DNA from: Opitutales bacterium | GTDB lineage: Bacteria > Verrucomicrobiota > Verrucomicrobiia > Opitutales > PNEW01 | Reading direction: 5' to 3' | Length of the DNA stretch: 32,000 bases | Assembly (NCBI GenBank): GCA_965219535.1 | Contig: CBDCNV010000001.1 | Coordinates: forward strand, 1,950,001-1,982,000 | In this document: one piece after another, positions 1 through 7,846 of the stretch | Numbering within the stretch: the first letter of the stretch is position 1 | Layout: each line of letters starts with the position of its first letter | The notes under the pieces: model-generated | What the model was told of the DNA's origin: nothing | What the model saw: only the letters and a program-made list of their open reading frames with translations | Database searches by the model: none | Translations under genes and position numbers: made by a program

Positions 1-214
1 CGCGTATTTGAGTGGCCGTAACGAGTGCAGGGACTTGCTTGACAATATCCTCCATGATGTCCTGTTCCTCGATTTCATCGAGTAGCATTTCCTCTCTCGA
101 GGATGCCGGCAATTTATGATAACGTGTTATAACAGCTTGAATGTCCTTAACCGTTAATGGTGTTGATGAGGAAAAGAGAAGCGCTTTAAGTATTCTTTGA
201 AGATTAAACTCCAT
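1..214 (-). CDS. scpB: Segregation and condensation protein B (ScpB)-like, N-terminal part; the CDS runs off the window start
   Basis: An open minus-strand frame starts at ATG (reverse complement of 212-214) and has no stop before position 1. It is open-ended and absent from the ORF track. The N-terminus MEFNLQRILKALLFSSSTPLTVKDIQAV resembles the conserved ScpB N-terminal signature (..EALLF.S..PL....L). Confidence 0.5.
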   Translation of the reverse strand, partial: MEFNLQRILKALLFSSSTPLTVKDIQAVITRYHKLPASSREEMLLDEIEEQDIMEDIVKQVPALVTATQIR

Positions 215-374
215 ATTATAATCTAATACCGTTAGTAAAGGGATGGGTTATTTTTGGATGTATGACGATAAAATGTGATTGTAGTTTAATCTGCAATCTC
301 TTGATATGTAAAACCCAATTCTTTTGCTAATATTCTGGTAACAGACTGCAAGAGTAACCTTACAATAAAAATTG

Positions 375-2069
375 ATGATGTCTAAAGAAAAAATAAAAAG
401 ACCCTATTCTTCTATTCTCGTAGATGGATCCACTCGAGCTGGAGCTCGTTCCATGTTGCGGGCAGTTGGTTTTAAAGAGGAAGATTTTAAAAAGCCTATC
501 GTGGGCGTGGCCTCTACCTGGAGCATGGTTACTCCGTGTAATATGCATATCGATGAATTGGCGAAAGAAGCCGGAAGAGGGATTGATGAAATTAATGGTA
601 AATCAGTCATTTTTGGGACGATAACCGTTTCCGATGGTATCCCCATGGGTACCGTAGGGATGAGATATTCACTTGTCTCACGCGAAGTTATAGCCGACTC
701 AATTGAAACAGTTGCCGGGGCTGAAGGCTTCGATGGGCTTGTTGCGATTGGGGGATGCGATAAAAACATGCCGGGTTGTCTGATGGCGTTAGCTCGACTA
801 AATCGCCCGGCAGTTTTTGTCTATGGGGGTTCTATTCTACCAGGAATACACAAGGAGAAGGAAGTAGACATTGTTTCTGTCTACGAAGCTATCGGATTAG
901 AATCGAACAATAAAATAGATGAACAAGAGCTTGGTGAAATTGAAACGTGTGCTATTCCCGGGCCAGGCTCATGCAGCGGCATGTATACCGCTAATACCAT
1001 GGCATCAGCGATTGAAGCTTTGGGGATGAGCCTTCCTAATAGCTCAGCGCAGCTAGCAGTGTCCAAAGATAAACTACTCGATGCATTCAAGGCCGGCAAT
1101 ACGGTCATTGAGCTGGTTAATAATGATATCAAGCCAAGAGATATTATGACGTTGGAAGCTTTCGAAAACGCAATCACGACCGTGATAGCGTTGGGTGGTT
1201 CGACCAATGCCGTACTTCATCTTCTGGCTATAGCTCATTCTGCTGAGGTGCCCCTTTCGATTGATGATTTTTCTCGTCTTGGTAAAAACGTTCCCGTGCT
1301 ATGTGACCTCAGGCCCAGTGGAAGGTATAGCATGGCTCAATTGATACGTATTGGTGGTCTCCAACCATTGATGAAAACATTGTTAGACCATGGATTGTTG
1401 CATGGTGATTGCCTGACGGTTACTGGAAAAACACTGCGTGAAAATCTCGAAGCTGTTACCCCTTACCCTAATGACCAGGATATTGTAAGACCATTCGATG
1501 ATCCGATAAAGCCGGATAGTCATTTATGCATTCTCTATGGTAATATTGCACCTGAGGGTGCTGTTGCGAAAATCACGGGCAAAGAAGGGCTCAGTTTCAG
1601 TGGTAATGCCATCACATATAATTCTGAAGAAGACGCCCTCAAGGGAATTCTCGACGGGACAGTAAAGCCTGGGCAGGTTGTCGTCATACGCTATGAGGGA
1701 CCAAAAGGAGCTCCAGGAATGCGTGAAATGCTTGCTCCCACTTCCGCGATTATGGGACGTGGACTGGGAAAGGAAGTTGCCCTTATTACCGATGGACGAT
1801 TCTCCGGAGGAAGCCATGGGTTTGTCGTCGGCCATGTAACACCAGAAGCCGAAATCGGTGGACCGATCTCAGTGATTGAAAACGGCGACAGGATAATGAT
1901 TGATGCATCATGCAATGAATTGAATATTGAGATATCAGAAGAAGAATTAAAGGAACGGCTTGATGCTTGGAAAAAACCGAAAGCGAAGGTTAAGCGTGGA
2001 GTGCTCGCTAAATACGCAAAAATGGTTAATTCTGCTTCACTAGGTGCCGTGACTGATGCCGATCTTTAG
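375..2069 (+). CDS. ilvD: Dihydroxy-acid dehydratase
   Basis: This is a 565-aa ORF. It opens at TTG 372, and ATG codons follow at 375 and 378. IlvD/Edd hallmarks are present: [28 protein letters not shown] (cluster Cys) and [12 protein letters not shown]. Confidence 0.95.
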   Translation: MMSKEKIKRPYSSILVDGSTRAGARSMLRAVGFKEEDFKKPIVGVASTWSMVTPCNMHIDELAKEAGRGIDEINGKSVIFGTITVSDGIPMGTVGMRYSLVSREVIADSIETVAGAEGFDGLVAIGGCDKNMPGCLMALARLNRPAVFVYGGSILPGIHKEKEVDIVSVYEAIGLESNNKIDEQELGEIETCAIPGPGSCSGMYTANTMASAIEALGMSLPNSSAQLAVSKDKLLDAFKAGNTVIELVNNDIKPRDIMTLEAFENAITTVIALGGSTNAVLHLLAIAHSAEVPLSIDDFSRLGKNVPVLCDLRPSGRYSMAQLIRIGGLQPLMKTLLDHGLLHGDCLTVTGKTLRENLEAVTPYPNDQDIVRPFDDPIKPDSHLCILYGNIAPEGAVAKITGKEGLSFSGNAITYNSEEDALKGILDGTVKPGQVVVIRYEGPKGAPGMREMLAPTSAIMGRGLGKEVALITDGRFSGGSHGFVVGHVTPEAEIGGPISVIENGDRIMIDASCNELNIEISEEELKERLDAWKKPKAKVKRGVLAKYAKMVNSASLGAVTDADL

Positions 2070-2118
2070 ATTATCAATAGTTTTTCAATAATAAGAATAG
2101 TCCCAAAATTTAACAATA

Positions 2119-3699
2119 ATGAGCTGGGACCGCTTCAAACAATATTATTTGCCGTTCGAAGATCTGGGATTTTCGCTCGATATCAGCCGCATGGATTTTC
2201 CTCCATCTTTTATAACGGAGATGGACACGCGCATGAAGCGTGCATTTGAATCGATGGAAGCCCTGGAAAACGGTGCCATTGCCAATCCGGATGAAAACAG
2301 AATGGTTGGGCATTACTGGTTGCGAACCTCTCGGCTTGCCCCGGAGAAAGAAATTCAAAGGGGAATAGAGTCCAATTTAGAACATATCCAGGAATTTTCG
2401 GCAGCCATAAGATCGGGTAATATATCAGGTGAATCGGGTAATTTTAGAAATATCCTCATAATTGGAATAGGTGGTTCAGCTCTGGGGCCACAACTTATTA
2501 ATGACGCGCTTATCCAACCGGAATATGAAAATATTCAATTTTATTTCTTCGATAATACAGATCCGGATGGTATAGACCTGACACTCGCACGGTTAAAAAA
2601 CCAGCTGGGTAATACACTGGTAATTGTCATATCTAAATCCGGGAGTACCGCTGAAACACGCAATGGAATGGAAGAAGCCAAATATGCTTATCGTGAAGCC
2701 GGTTTAGATTTCAATAAGCATGCAGTTGCCATTACCCACCCTGGTAGCGCTCTCGATCAGCACGCTAAAGCTTCTGGATGGTTAGATCGCTTTCCTTTGT
2801 GGGATTGGGTGGGAGGCCGCACCAGCTTATTTAGTTCAGTAGGATTACTACCCGCTGCCTTGCTGAATATTGATATTATGGAAATGCGAAAAGGGGCCGC
2901 CGCGATGGATGATGTTACACGAATTAAAGATAGTATGAAGAACCCGGCAGCCTTACTCGCGCTTATGTGGTATTTCGCTACTGATGGAAAGGGATCTAAA
3001 GACATGGTCATTCTACCCTATAAAGATCGCCTTTTACTTTTCTCCAGATACTTACAGCAGCTTGTCATGGAATCACTCGGTAAGGAGAATGACCTTGAAA
3101 GTAATAGGGTAAACCAGGGAATTTCAGTTTACGGCAATAAAGGTTCGACCGACCAGCATGCCTACGTCCAGCAATTACGCGATGGGGTCGCTAACTTTTT
3201 TATAACCTTCATTGAAGTCCTTAGAGATAGAAAACAGCCTTCTCTTGAAATTGAACCCAATGTTACCACTGGTGATTACTTGCAGGGGTTTTTCTTGGGT
3301 ACTCGCTCGGCGTTACATGAAAAAGGGCGCCAATCTATTACGATTACAATTGATGAGGTAACTTCGTATACCCTATCACTACTTATTGCATTATATGAAC
3401 GCGCAGTAGGTCTCTACGCCAGCTTAATTGGCATCAATGCGTATCATCAGCCGGGTGTAGAAGCGGGTAAGCAAACGGCTGCTTTCTACCTGAAGATTAA
3501 AAGTGATATTCTCGAAAAAATGATCGCTAATCCCGGAAAAACTTATACCCCTGAAGCTCTCGCATCTGAATTAAACCTTGAAATTGACACAGAAATAATC
3601 TTCAAATTACTGGAGCATTTAAGTGCAAACCCTGATAAAGGCATCATTAAAACCCCTGCGGCTATTTTCTATAATACAAATTATTATTTTAAGTCCTAA
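2119..3699 (+). CDS. pgi: Glucose-6-phosphate isomerase
   Basis: This is a 526-aa ORF with PGI motifs: GHYWLR, IGIGGSALGP, ISKSGSTAET and NAYHQPGVEAGK. Confidence 0.93.
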   Translation: MSWDRFKQYYLPFEDLGFSLDISRMDFPPSFITEMDTRMKRAFESMEALENGAIANPDENRMVGHYWLRTSRLAPEKEIQRGIESNLEHIQEFSAAIRSGNISGESGNFRNILIIGIGGSALGPQLINDALIQPEYENIQFYFFDNTDPDGIDLTLARLKNQLGNTLVIVISKSGSTAETRNGMEEAKYAYREAGLDFNKHAVAITHPGSALDQHAKASGWLDRFPLWDWVGGRTSLFSSVGLLPAALLNIDIMEMRKGAAAMDDVTRIKDSMKNPAALLALMWYFATDGKGSKDMVILPYKDRLLLFSRYLQQLVMESLGKENDLESNRVNQGISVYGNKGSTDQHAYVQQLRDGVANFFITFIEVLRDRKQPSLEIEPNVTTGDYLQGFFLGTRSALHEKGRQSITITIDEVTSYTLSLLIALYERAVGLYASLIGINAYHQPGVEAGKQTAAFYLKIKSDILEKMIANPGKTYTPEALASELNLEIDTEIIFKLLEHLSANPDKGIIKTPAAIFYNTNYYFKS

Positions 3700-3766
3700 T
3701 TGCTAAATTGACTGTTTTAATATTTAAAGCTTAATAAATTCAGCGTCCCTTCTTCCACATTTATAA

Positions 3767-3922
3767 ATGAAAATCCTAAAGCTAACCTTACTTCTGAGTC
3801 TATTCACGGCCACGACTATCTGTTTCTCTGGTTGCGCAAAAGTAAATCAGGATGCAAATCCGATCCCTTGGAGTCGTCCTGCTGATTGGGAAAATAAAGC
3901 GCCTGGAATGCCTAATATGTGA
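3767..3922 (+). CDS. Small putative lipoprotein (51 aa), function unknown
   Basis: I translated it by hand because it is below the ORF-track size cut-off: MKILKLTLLLSLFTATTICFSGCAKVNQDANPIPWSRPADWENKAPGMPNM-stop. It has a Lys-containing n-region, a hydrophobic core and the lipobox-like F-S-G-C with Cys23. It fills an otherwise empty gap between pgi and rsmI on the same strand. Confidence 0.5.
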   Translation: MKILKLTLLLSLFTATTICFSGCAKVNQDANPIPWSRPADWENKAPGMPNM

Positions 3923-4074
3923 GTAGATTATTTTGTAAAAGAATAATAGCTTATGTCGCGGTCAACCGCTTGTTCCGAATCTGGTCGGCTTTATGTTTTA
4001 GCCACACCAATAGGAAATCTTAATGATATAACCGCAAGGGCGACGGATATTCTTGCGACTTGTAATATTGTCGC

Positions 4075-4117
4075 TGGTCGGGTTACACAAACTGGTCCAC
4101 TGAGAGAGTTAGTCTGG
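4075..4117. repeat. Terminal inverted repeat of IS no. 1 (physical left end)
   Basis: The sequence is TGGTCGGGTTACACAAACTGGTCCACTGAGAGAGTTAGTCTGG. The reverse complement of the right end is TGGTCGTGACCACGAAAACTGGTCCACTAGAAAAGTTAGTCTGG. They share the blocks TGGTCG, AACTGGTCCACT and GTTAGTCTGG, with one 1-nt indel. Confidence 0.75.
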
Positions 4118-5294
4118 AGAGGTTAATGTTGAAGTTAAGTTGGTAGAGGAAGTCAAGGCTTGGGCGCAATGAGGGCGTAGCCCGAATGGAGCCCGAGCCT
4201 TCGGTATTGAGGTTTTGAGCGAAACGTTGTGGAGTAATATTGCCGAGGCTGCGGTGGGGTCGAACATGATTGTAAAGCCAGCGCCAATCTTCGATCACCA
4301 CGCGGGCTTCGGTCAAAGTCCACAGCTGTTCACGATTTAGACACTCCTCGCGAAAACGGGCATGGAACGATTCGATGTATCCGTTCTGCCAAGGGCTTCC
4401 TGGTTCGATATAGAGGGTATTGATTTTCATCGCAGTTAGCCAAGTTCGCAATTCCTTTTCAATAAACTCGGAACCGTTATCGCTGCGAATATATTTTGGC
4501 GGCCCATGAGGGTCGAGCAGTTTTTGCATGACCCCGCGCACCTTCTGCGCATTGATATGGCGATCGACATGGATCACCCGGCACTCGCGGGTGTACTCGT
4601 CAAGGACGGTGAGCATTTTGAGATTCCCACCGCGGACCGTCTTATCGTGGATAAAGTCCCAGGTCCAAACATGGTCGGGATGTTCGGCCTTCGTCGGCAG
4701 CCCGGTGGAGACACCCCTGCGCCGGCGTCTTGGCTTGCGTGGGGGAATCGCCAGGCCCAGTTCACGTCGCAGACCTTGCACGAGCCGTTTACCCACCTGC
4801 CAGCCTTCGTCCTTCAACAGCTTCGTGATCTTCGGATAGCCCCACCTCGCGTATTGCCGTGATAACCGCCTTACTGCCGCCTTCAGTTTCGTTAGCCAGG
4901 CATCAGGATACTTCGCCCGATACGCATAGGTGGAGCGGTGCAGGTGAAAGTATCGGCACGCTCCACGTATCGAACACTGGCCCCGGGCCACAAGTCTCTC
5001 TGCCACTTGCCGCTTGTGCCCAGGGCTTACAGTTTTTTTTCGAGCGTCTCCTGCACAATCTCTATCCCCAGCAGCTTGTCCGCCAGCATCCGCTTTAACC
5101 GCGCGTTCTCCTTCAAAGAGTTCCTTCATCCGCTTGGCCTGGTTGACATCAATCATCCCAAGTTCACGTTTCCAGCGGTGGAAGGTCTGTTCGCTTATGT
5201 TGTTCTCGCGGCATACTTCCAGAATCGTTTTCCCTTTGTCTGCCTGCCGCAGCATCCGTATCTTCTCTTCGGTTGTATATCTTTTGCCTTTCAT
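4083..5294 (-). CDS. IS3-family transposase, a single fused OrfAB-like 403-aa frame (abnormal; see findings)
   Basis: The N-terminal HTH is MKGKRYTTEEKIRMLRQADKGKTILEVCRENNISEQTFHRWKRE. The rve/DDE core has WTWDFIHDK (D), YIRSDNGSEF (D) and PWQNGYIESFHARFREE (E). Confidence 0.9.
   Translation of the reverse strand: MKGKRYTTEEKIRMLRQADKGKTILEVCRENNISEQTFHRWKRELGMIDVNQAKRMKELFEGERAVKADAGGQAAGDRDCAGDARKKTVSPGHKRQVAERLVARGQCSIRGACRYFHLHRSTYAYRAKYPDAWLTKLKAAVRRLSRQYARWGYPKITKLLKDEGWQVGKRLVQGLRRELGLAIPPRKPRRRRRGVSTGLPTKAEHPDHVWTWDFIHDKTVRGGNLKMLTVLDEYTRECRVIHVDRHINAQKVRGVMQKLLDPHGPPKYIRSDNGSEFIEKELRTWLTAMKINTLYIEPGSPWQNGYIESFHARFREECLNREQLWTLTEARVVIEDWRWLYNHVRPHRSLGNITPQRFAQNLNTEGSGSIRATPSLRPSLDFLYQLNFNINLSRLTLSVDQFV
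5027..5040 (-). promoter_or_regulatory. Relic programmed -1 frameshift site of IS no. 1 (A8 run followed by the OrfA-frame stop)
   Basis: The minus strand reads CTC GAA AAA AAA CTG TAA in the leucine-zipper frame. The -1 frame continues AAA AAA ACT GTA AGC, which is KKTVS of the long ORF. This matches the classic IS3 A-rich slippery motif. Confidence 0.6.
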
Positions 5295-5317
5295 TGTCTG
5301 AGTCCTTTCTAGGTGTC

Positions 5318-5362
5318 CCAGACTAACTTTTCTAGTGGACCAGTTTTCGTGGTCACGACCAG
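5318..5362. repeat. Terminal inverted repeat of IS no. 1 (physical right end)
   Basis: It is the reverse-complement partner of 4075-4117, compared in that entry. Confidence 0.75.
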
Positions 5363-5965
5363 CGCGGCTGAAAGTATTTTAAAAACCAAGCGTCTGCTGG
5401 ACCATCTCGGGATTGGAACCAAGATCCTTCCTTATCACGAGCATAACGAAATTCGTCAGGCAAATAATATCGCCAGCCTCATTGAATCTGGAAATATTAT
5501 TTCTCTCGTTTCTGATTCAGGAACGCCAACCGTAAGTGATCCGGGATTCAGACTGGTCCGTGAATGCCGACGGCGCGGATTATCAGTCGTTCCTCTACCG
5601 GGTCCCTCAGCGCACATTACCGCACTTTCAGCCTCTGGATTACCCAGTGATGGTTTTCTCTTTCTAGGTTTTCTTCCACCTAAAACATCAGCTAGGAAAA
5701 AGTTTTTTGGTGAGTTTGCTGACTTTGAATACACACTTGTGCTCTATGAATCTTGCCATCGAATTACAAAATTCATGACTGACCTGATTGAGGTACTAGG
5801 TCCAGACCGCACGATTTGCGTTGCTCGAGAGTTGACCAAAATCCATGAAACATTTCATATAGGTTTAGCTAATGATGTTCACGAAAAAATGCTAAATGCC
5901 AGTCTCAAAGGTGAGTTTGTAGTCGTTATAGCTAAAAAGGGATTTCAGCTTTAGCGAAAATACCG

Positions 5966-6913
5966 TTGAATAATAAATCGCCAGTCGTTGCGATTATCGA
6001 TGTAGGCAGTAATACGATCAAGTTATTGATTGCTGGAAAGGGAAATCCCTTAGATGTAATTGAAGATAAAACTTGTCAGACACGTATTATTCAACGCGCA
6101 GACAATATTGATAAGCGCCTTGCTGGAGAGCGCATTGAAGCGGCATGTGAAAGTATTAATGAGCTGGTTCAACGAGCTAAAAAATACAGCCCCCAGAATA
6201 TCACTTTAGTCGGCACAAGTGCGGTACGAGACGCAGAAAACCAGAGTTACTTTAAAAAACGTGTCTTAGAATCGACAGGATACCACTTGGAGGTCCTAAG
6301 TGGAGAAGAGGAAGCTTTGTTAATCAGCCAAGGTGTCCTTCAAGATCCGGTGCTGGCAAAATTTAGATCTTTTTATCTTATTGATTTGGGTGGTGGCAGT
6401 CTTGAGCTAATTGACTACTTTAATGGTTCTATCAAACAATTGGTAAGTTTGCCTACGGGAGCAATTCGTATCGCTGATAATTTTTTAGAAAACAGGAGCA
6501 GTAATTTAAATGAACCTGTAGCCAAAAAAATTAAGCACTTTATTCATGAGGAGATTAAGACAAGCGGTTTTACTTTAGATAATAAGATGCAGCCCCTAGT
6601 CGTCACAAGTGGATCACTGGCAGTTGCGAAGAAATTAATTTTAAAACAAAAACCAGAATTAAATTATGAGTCATCACAAATTCCAGTAAAAACGCTGCGG
6701 AACCTCTATACTGACATATCAGCGCTCAATTTAACGCAGCGATTAAAGATACCGAAAATGCCAGCTTCTCACGCGGACATATTACCCATCGCGATATTAA
6801 TACTCCTTTTTATTGCCGATGAAATCGATGCCGATCTGATTTTTCATACAAAAATTAATCTGCGCTATGGTTTAGCTACTAAACTTCTTTCGGAAATTAT
6901 TGAGGACAGCTAA
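5966..6913 (+). CDS. ppx: Ppx/GppA-family phosphatase (exopolyphosphatase / guanosine pentaphosphate phosphohydrolase core, no C-terminal HD region)
   Basis: The 315-aa ORF has VAIIDVGSNTIKLLIA and LIDLGGGSLEL, which are actin-like ATPase phosphate motifs. It uses a TTG start 12 nt after the rsmI stop, and there is no in-frame ATG upstream of the conserved N-terminus. Confidence 0.85.
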   Translation: MNNKSPVVAIIDVGSNTIKLLIAGKGNPLDVIEDKTCQTRIIQRADNIDKRLAGERIEAACESINELVQRAKKYSPQNITLVGTSAVRDAENQSYFKKRVLESTGYHLEVLSGEEEALLISQGVLQDPVLAKFRSFYLIDLGGGSLELIDYFNGSIKQLVSLPTGAIRIADNFLENRSSNLNEPVAKKIKHFIHEEIKTSGFTLDNKMQPLVVTSGSLAVAKKLILKQKPELNYESSQIPVKTLRNLYTDISALNLTQRLKIPKMPASHADILPIAILILLFIADEIDADLIFHTKINLRYGLATKLLSEIIEDS

Positions 6914-7846
6914 AATATCGTCTGGGATTGGTGCTTCAATTTTAAGTAAGTTTTTGGTTATTGGATGGTTAAATATTATTTCTCTGGCATGTAAAAGCAC
7001 GCGTGGAATAGATAGGGAGTCGCTATCTTCAGGTTTATAACCATAGAGAGTATCGCCAACTAGAGGGTGCCCTATATGCGCTAGATGAACTCGGATCTGA
7101 TGTGTTCTCCCGGTATAAATACGGATCTTTAATAGAGCTGCTCGATCACCAAAGCCCTCTTCACGTTGCCAATCTGTGTGTGCGTAACGGCCGTGATGAC
7201 TTACACTCATTTTTATTCTATTCACGTGGTGTCTTCCAACCGGTTCTTTTACTGTCCCTGACAACAGCGTCGGAACACCACTTACAAGAGCCAGATATAT
7301 TTTTTTTAAATCCCGTTTTTCAAAACTCCGGCTGAGGTCGATATAAGCAGCATCAGTCTTTGCTATAATGATGGCCCCTGACGTATACTTGTCCAGTCGG
7401 TGAACAATTCCGGGACGTTCGACACCGCCAATACCACTTAACGAATCTCGGCAATGATACAAAAGCGCATGAACGAGAGTAGGTTCAAATGTTCCATTAC
7501 CTGGGTGCACTACCATCCCGGCCGGTTTATTAATAACAGCGATATGTTCATCCTCATAAAGTATATCAAGAGGTATTTCCACGGGTTCAAGAATGAGTTT
7601 TTTTAGAGGAGGAATAGAATAATAAATAATATCCCCTGCGGACAGCCGTTGGCTCTTTATGATGGCTTCATTGTCATGCCAAACTAGACCTTCTTCGAAA
7701 AGCCTCTGGACTTGATTACGGCTGAGTTCAGAACATTGGTCATGCAACACTTTATCCGCGCGTACGCGGTTGAATGCTTCTGACACTTCAAAAGAGATAT
7801 CTCCCTTCGACTCTTGAGATTCGTTATGCAAGTTAATTACTCCCAA
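6872..7846 (-). CDS. rluD: RluA-family 23S rRNA pseudouridine synthase (RluD-like, with an S4-like N-terminus)
   Basis: It has HRLDKYTSGAIIIAKT (catalytic Asp motif) and GRTHQIRVHLAHIGHPLVGDTLYG. The ORF opens at TTG 7846, overlapping the add stop. A second TTG five codons downstream is an alternative start. Confidence 0.85.
   Translation of the reverse strand: MGVINLHNESQESKGDISFEVSEAFNRVRADKVLHDQCSELSRNQVQRLFEEGLVWHDNEAIIKSQRLSAGDIIYYSIPPLKKLILEPVEIPLDILYEDEHIAVINKPAGMVVHPGNGTFEPTLVHALLYHCRDSLSGIGGVERPGIVHRLDKYTSGAIIIAKTDAAYIDLSRSFEKRDLKKIYLALVSGVPTLLSGTVKEPVGRHHVNRIKMSVSHHGRYAHTDWQREEGFGDRAALLKIRIYTGRTHQIRVHLAHIGHPLVGDTLYGYKPEDSDSLSIPRVLLHAREIIFNHPITKNLLKIEAPIPDDILAVLNNFRKKFSS

Larger units (their letters stand above)
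4075..5362 (-). mobile_element. IS3-family insertion sequence (about 1288 bp) inserted in rsmI
   Basis: It carries a DDE transposase and ~43-bp imperfect terminal inverted repeats starting TGGTCG. The flanking direct repeat is CGC (4072-4074 and 5363-5365). The element is visibly more GC-rich than the flanks. End positions are ambiguous by +/-1 nt. Confidence 0.9.
3953..5954 (+). pseudogene. rsmI: 16S rRNA (cytidine1402-2'-O)-methyltransferase RsmI, split by an IS insertion (5' part 3953-4074, 3' part 5363-5954)
   Basis: The 5' part encodes MSRSTACSESGRLYVLATPIGNLNDITARATDILATCNIV, which carries the ATPIGN motif. It then reads into the IS end and stops at TAA 4124-4126. The 3' part encodes AAESILKTKRLLDHLGIGTKILPYHEHNE...SDSGTPTVSDPG...VPLPGPSA. 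Deleting 4075-5362 plus one CGC copy rejoins AAT ATT GTC GCG GCT GAA AGT in frame, giving a 236-aa product. Confidence 0.85.

Noticed and set aside
215-371. The region upstream of ilvD, examined for a branched-chain amino-acid leader peptide or attenuator.
   Set aside because: The only small ORF (MGYFWMYDDKM) has no Ile/Leu/Val run, and I could not find alternative terminator/antiterminator hairpins.
404-769. A 121-aa minus-strand ORF inside ilvD. Similar long antisense or alternative-frame ORFs in the track include 881-1207, 8064-8450, 9584-9862, 13121-13435, 15258-15629, 16894-17223, 26869-27279 and 28691-29041.
   Set aside because: Each lies wholly inside a strongly supported CDS on the other strand or in another frame. 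Each has a low-complexity Ser/Pro/Leu-rich translation with no recognisable motif. They are typical shadow ORFs.
4506-5312. Several plus-strand ORFs of 79-124 aa antisense to the IS no. 1 transposase.
   Set aside because: GC-rich DNA naturally lacks stop codons on the antisense strand. The translations are Pro/Arg/Ala-rich with no motifs, and the transposase frame explains the region.
5313-5362. A GTG at 5313 that the ORF track uses as the start of a 213-aa protein.
   Set aside because: The first 17 codons lie inside the IS terminal repeat. The ORF is the 3' part of the interrupted rsmI, not an independent gene. Whether it is translated from this GTG is unknown.
6872-6913. A 42-nt convergent overlap of the ppx and rluD 3' ends.
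   Set aside because: The overlap is real in the sequence, but both C-termini are poorly conserved tails. Such overlaps are common in compact genomes, and I have no evidence of antisense regulation.
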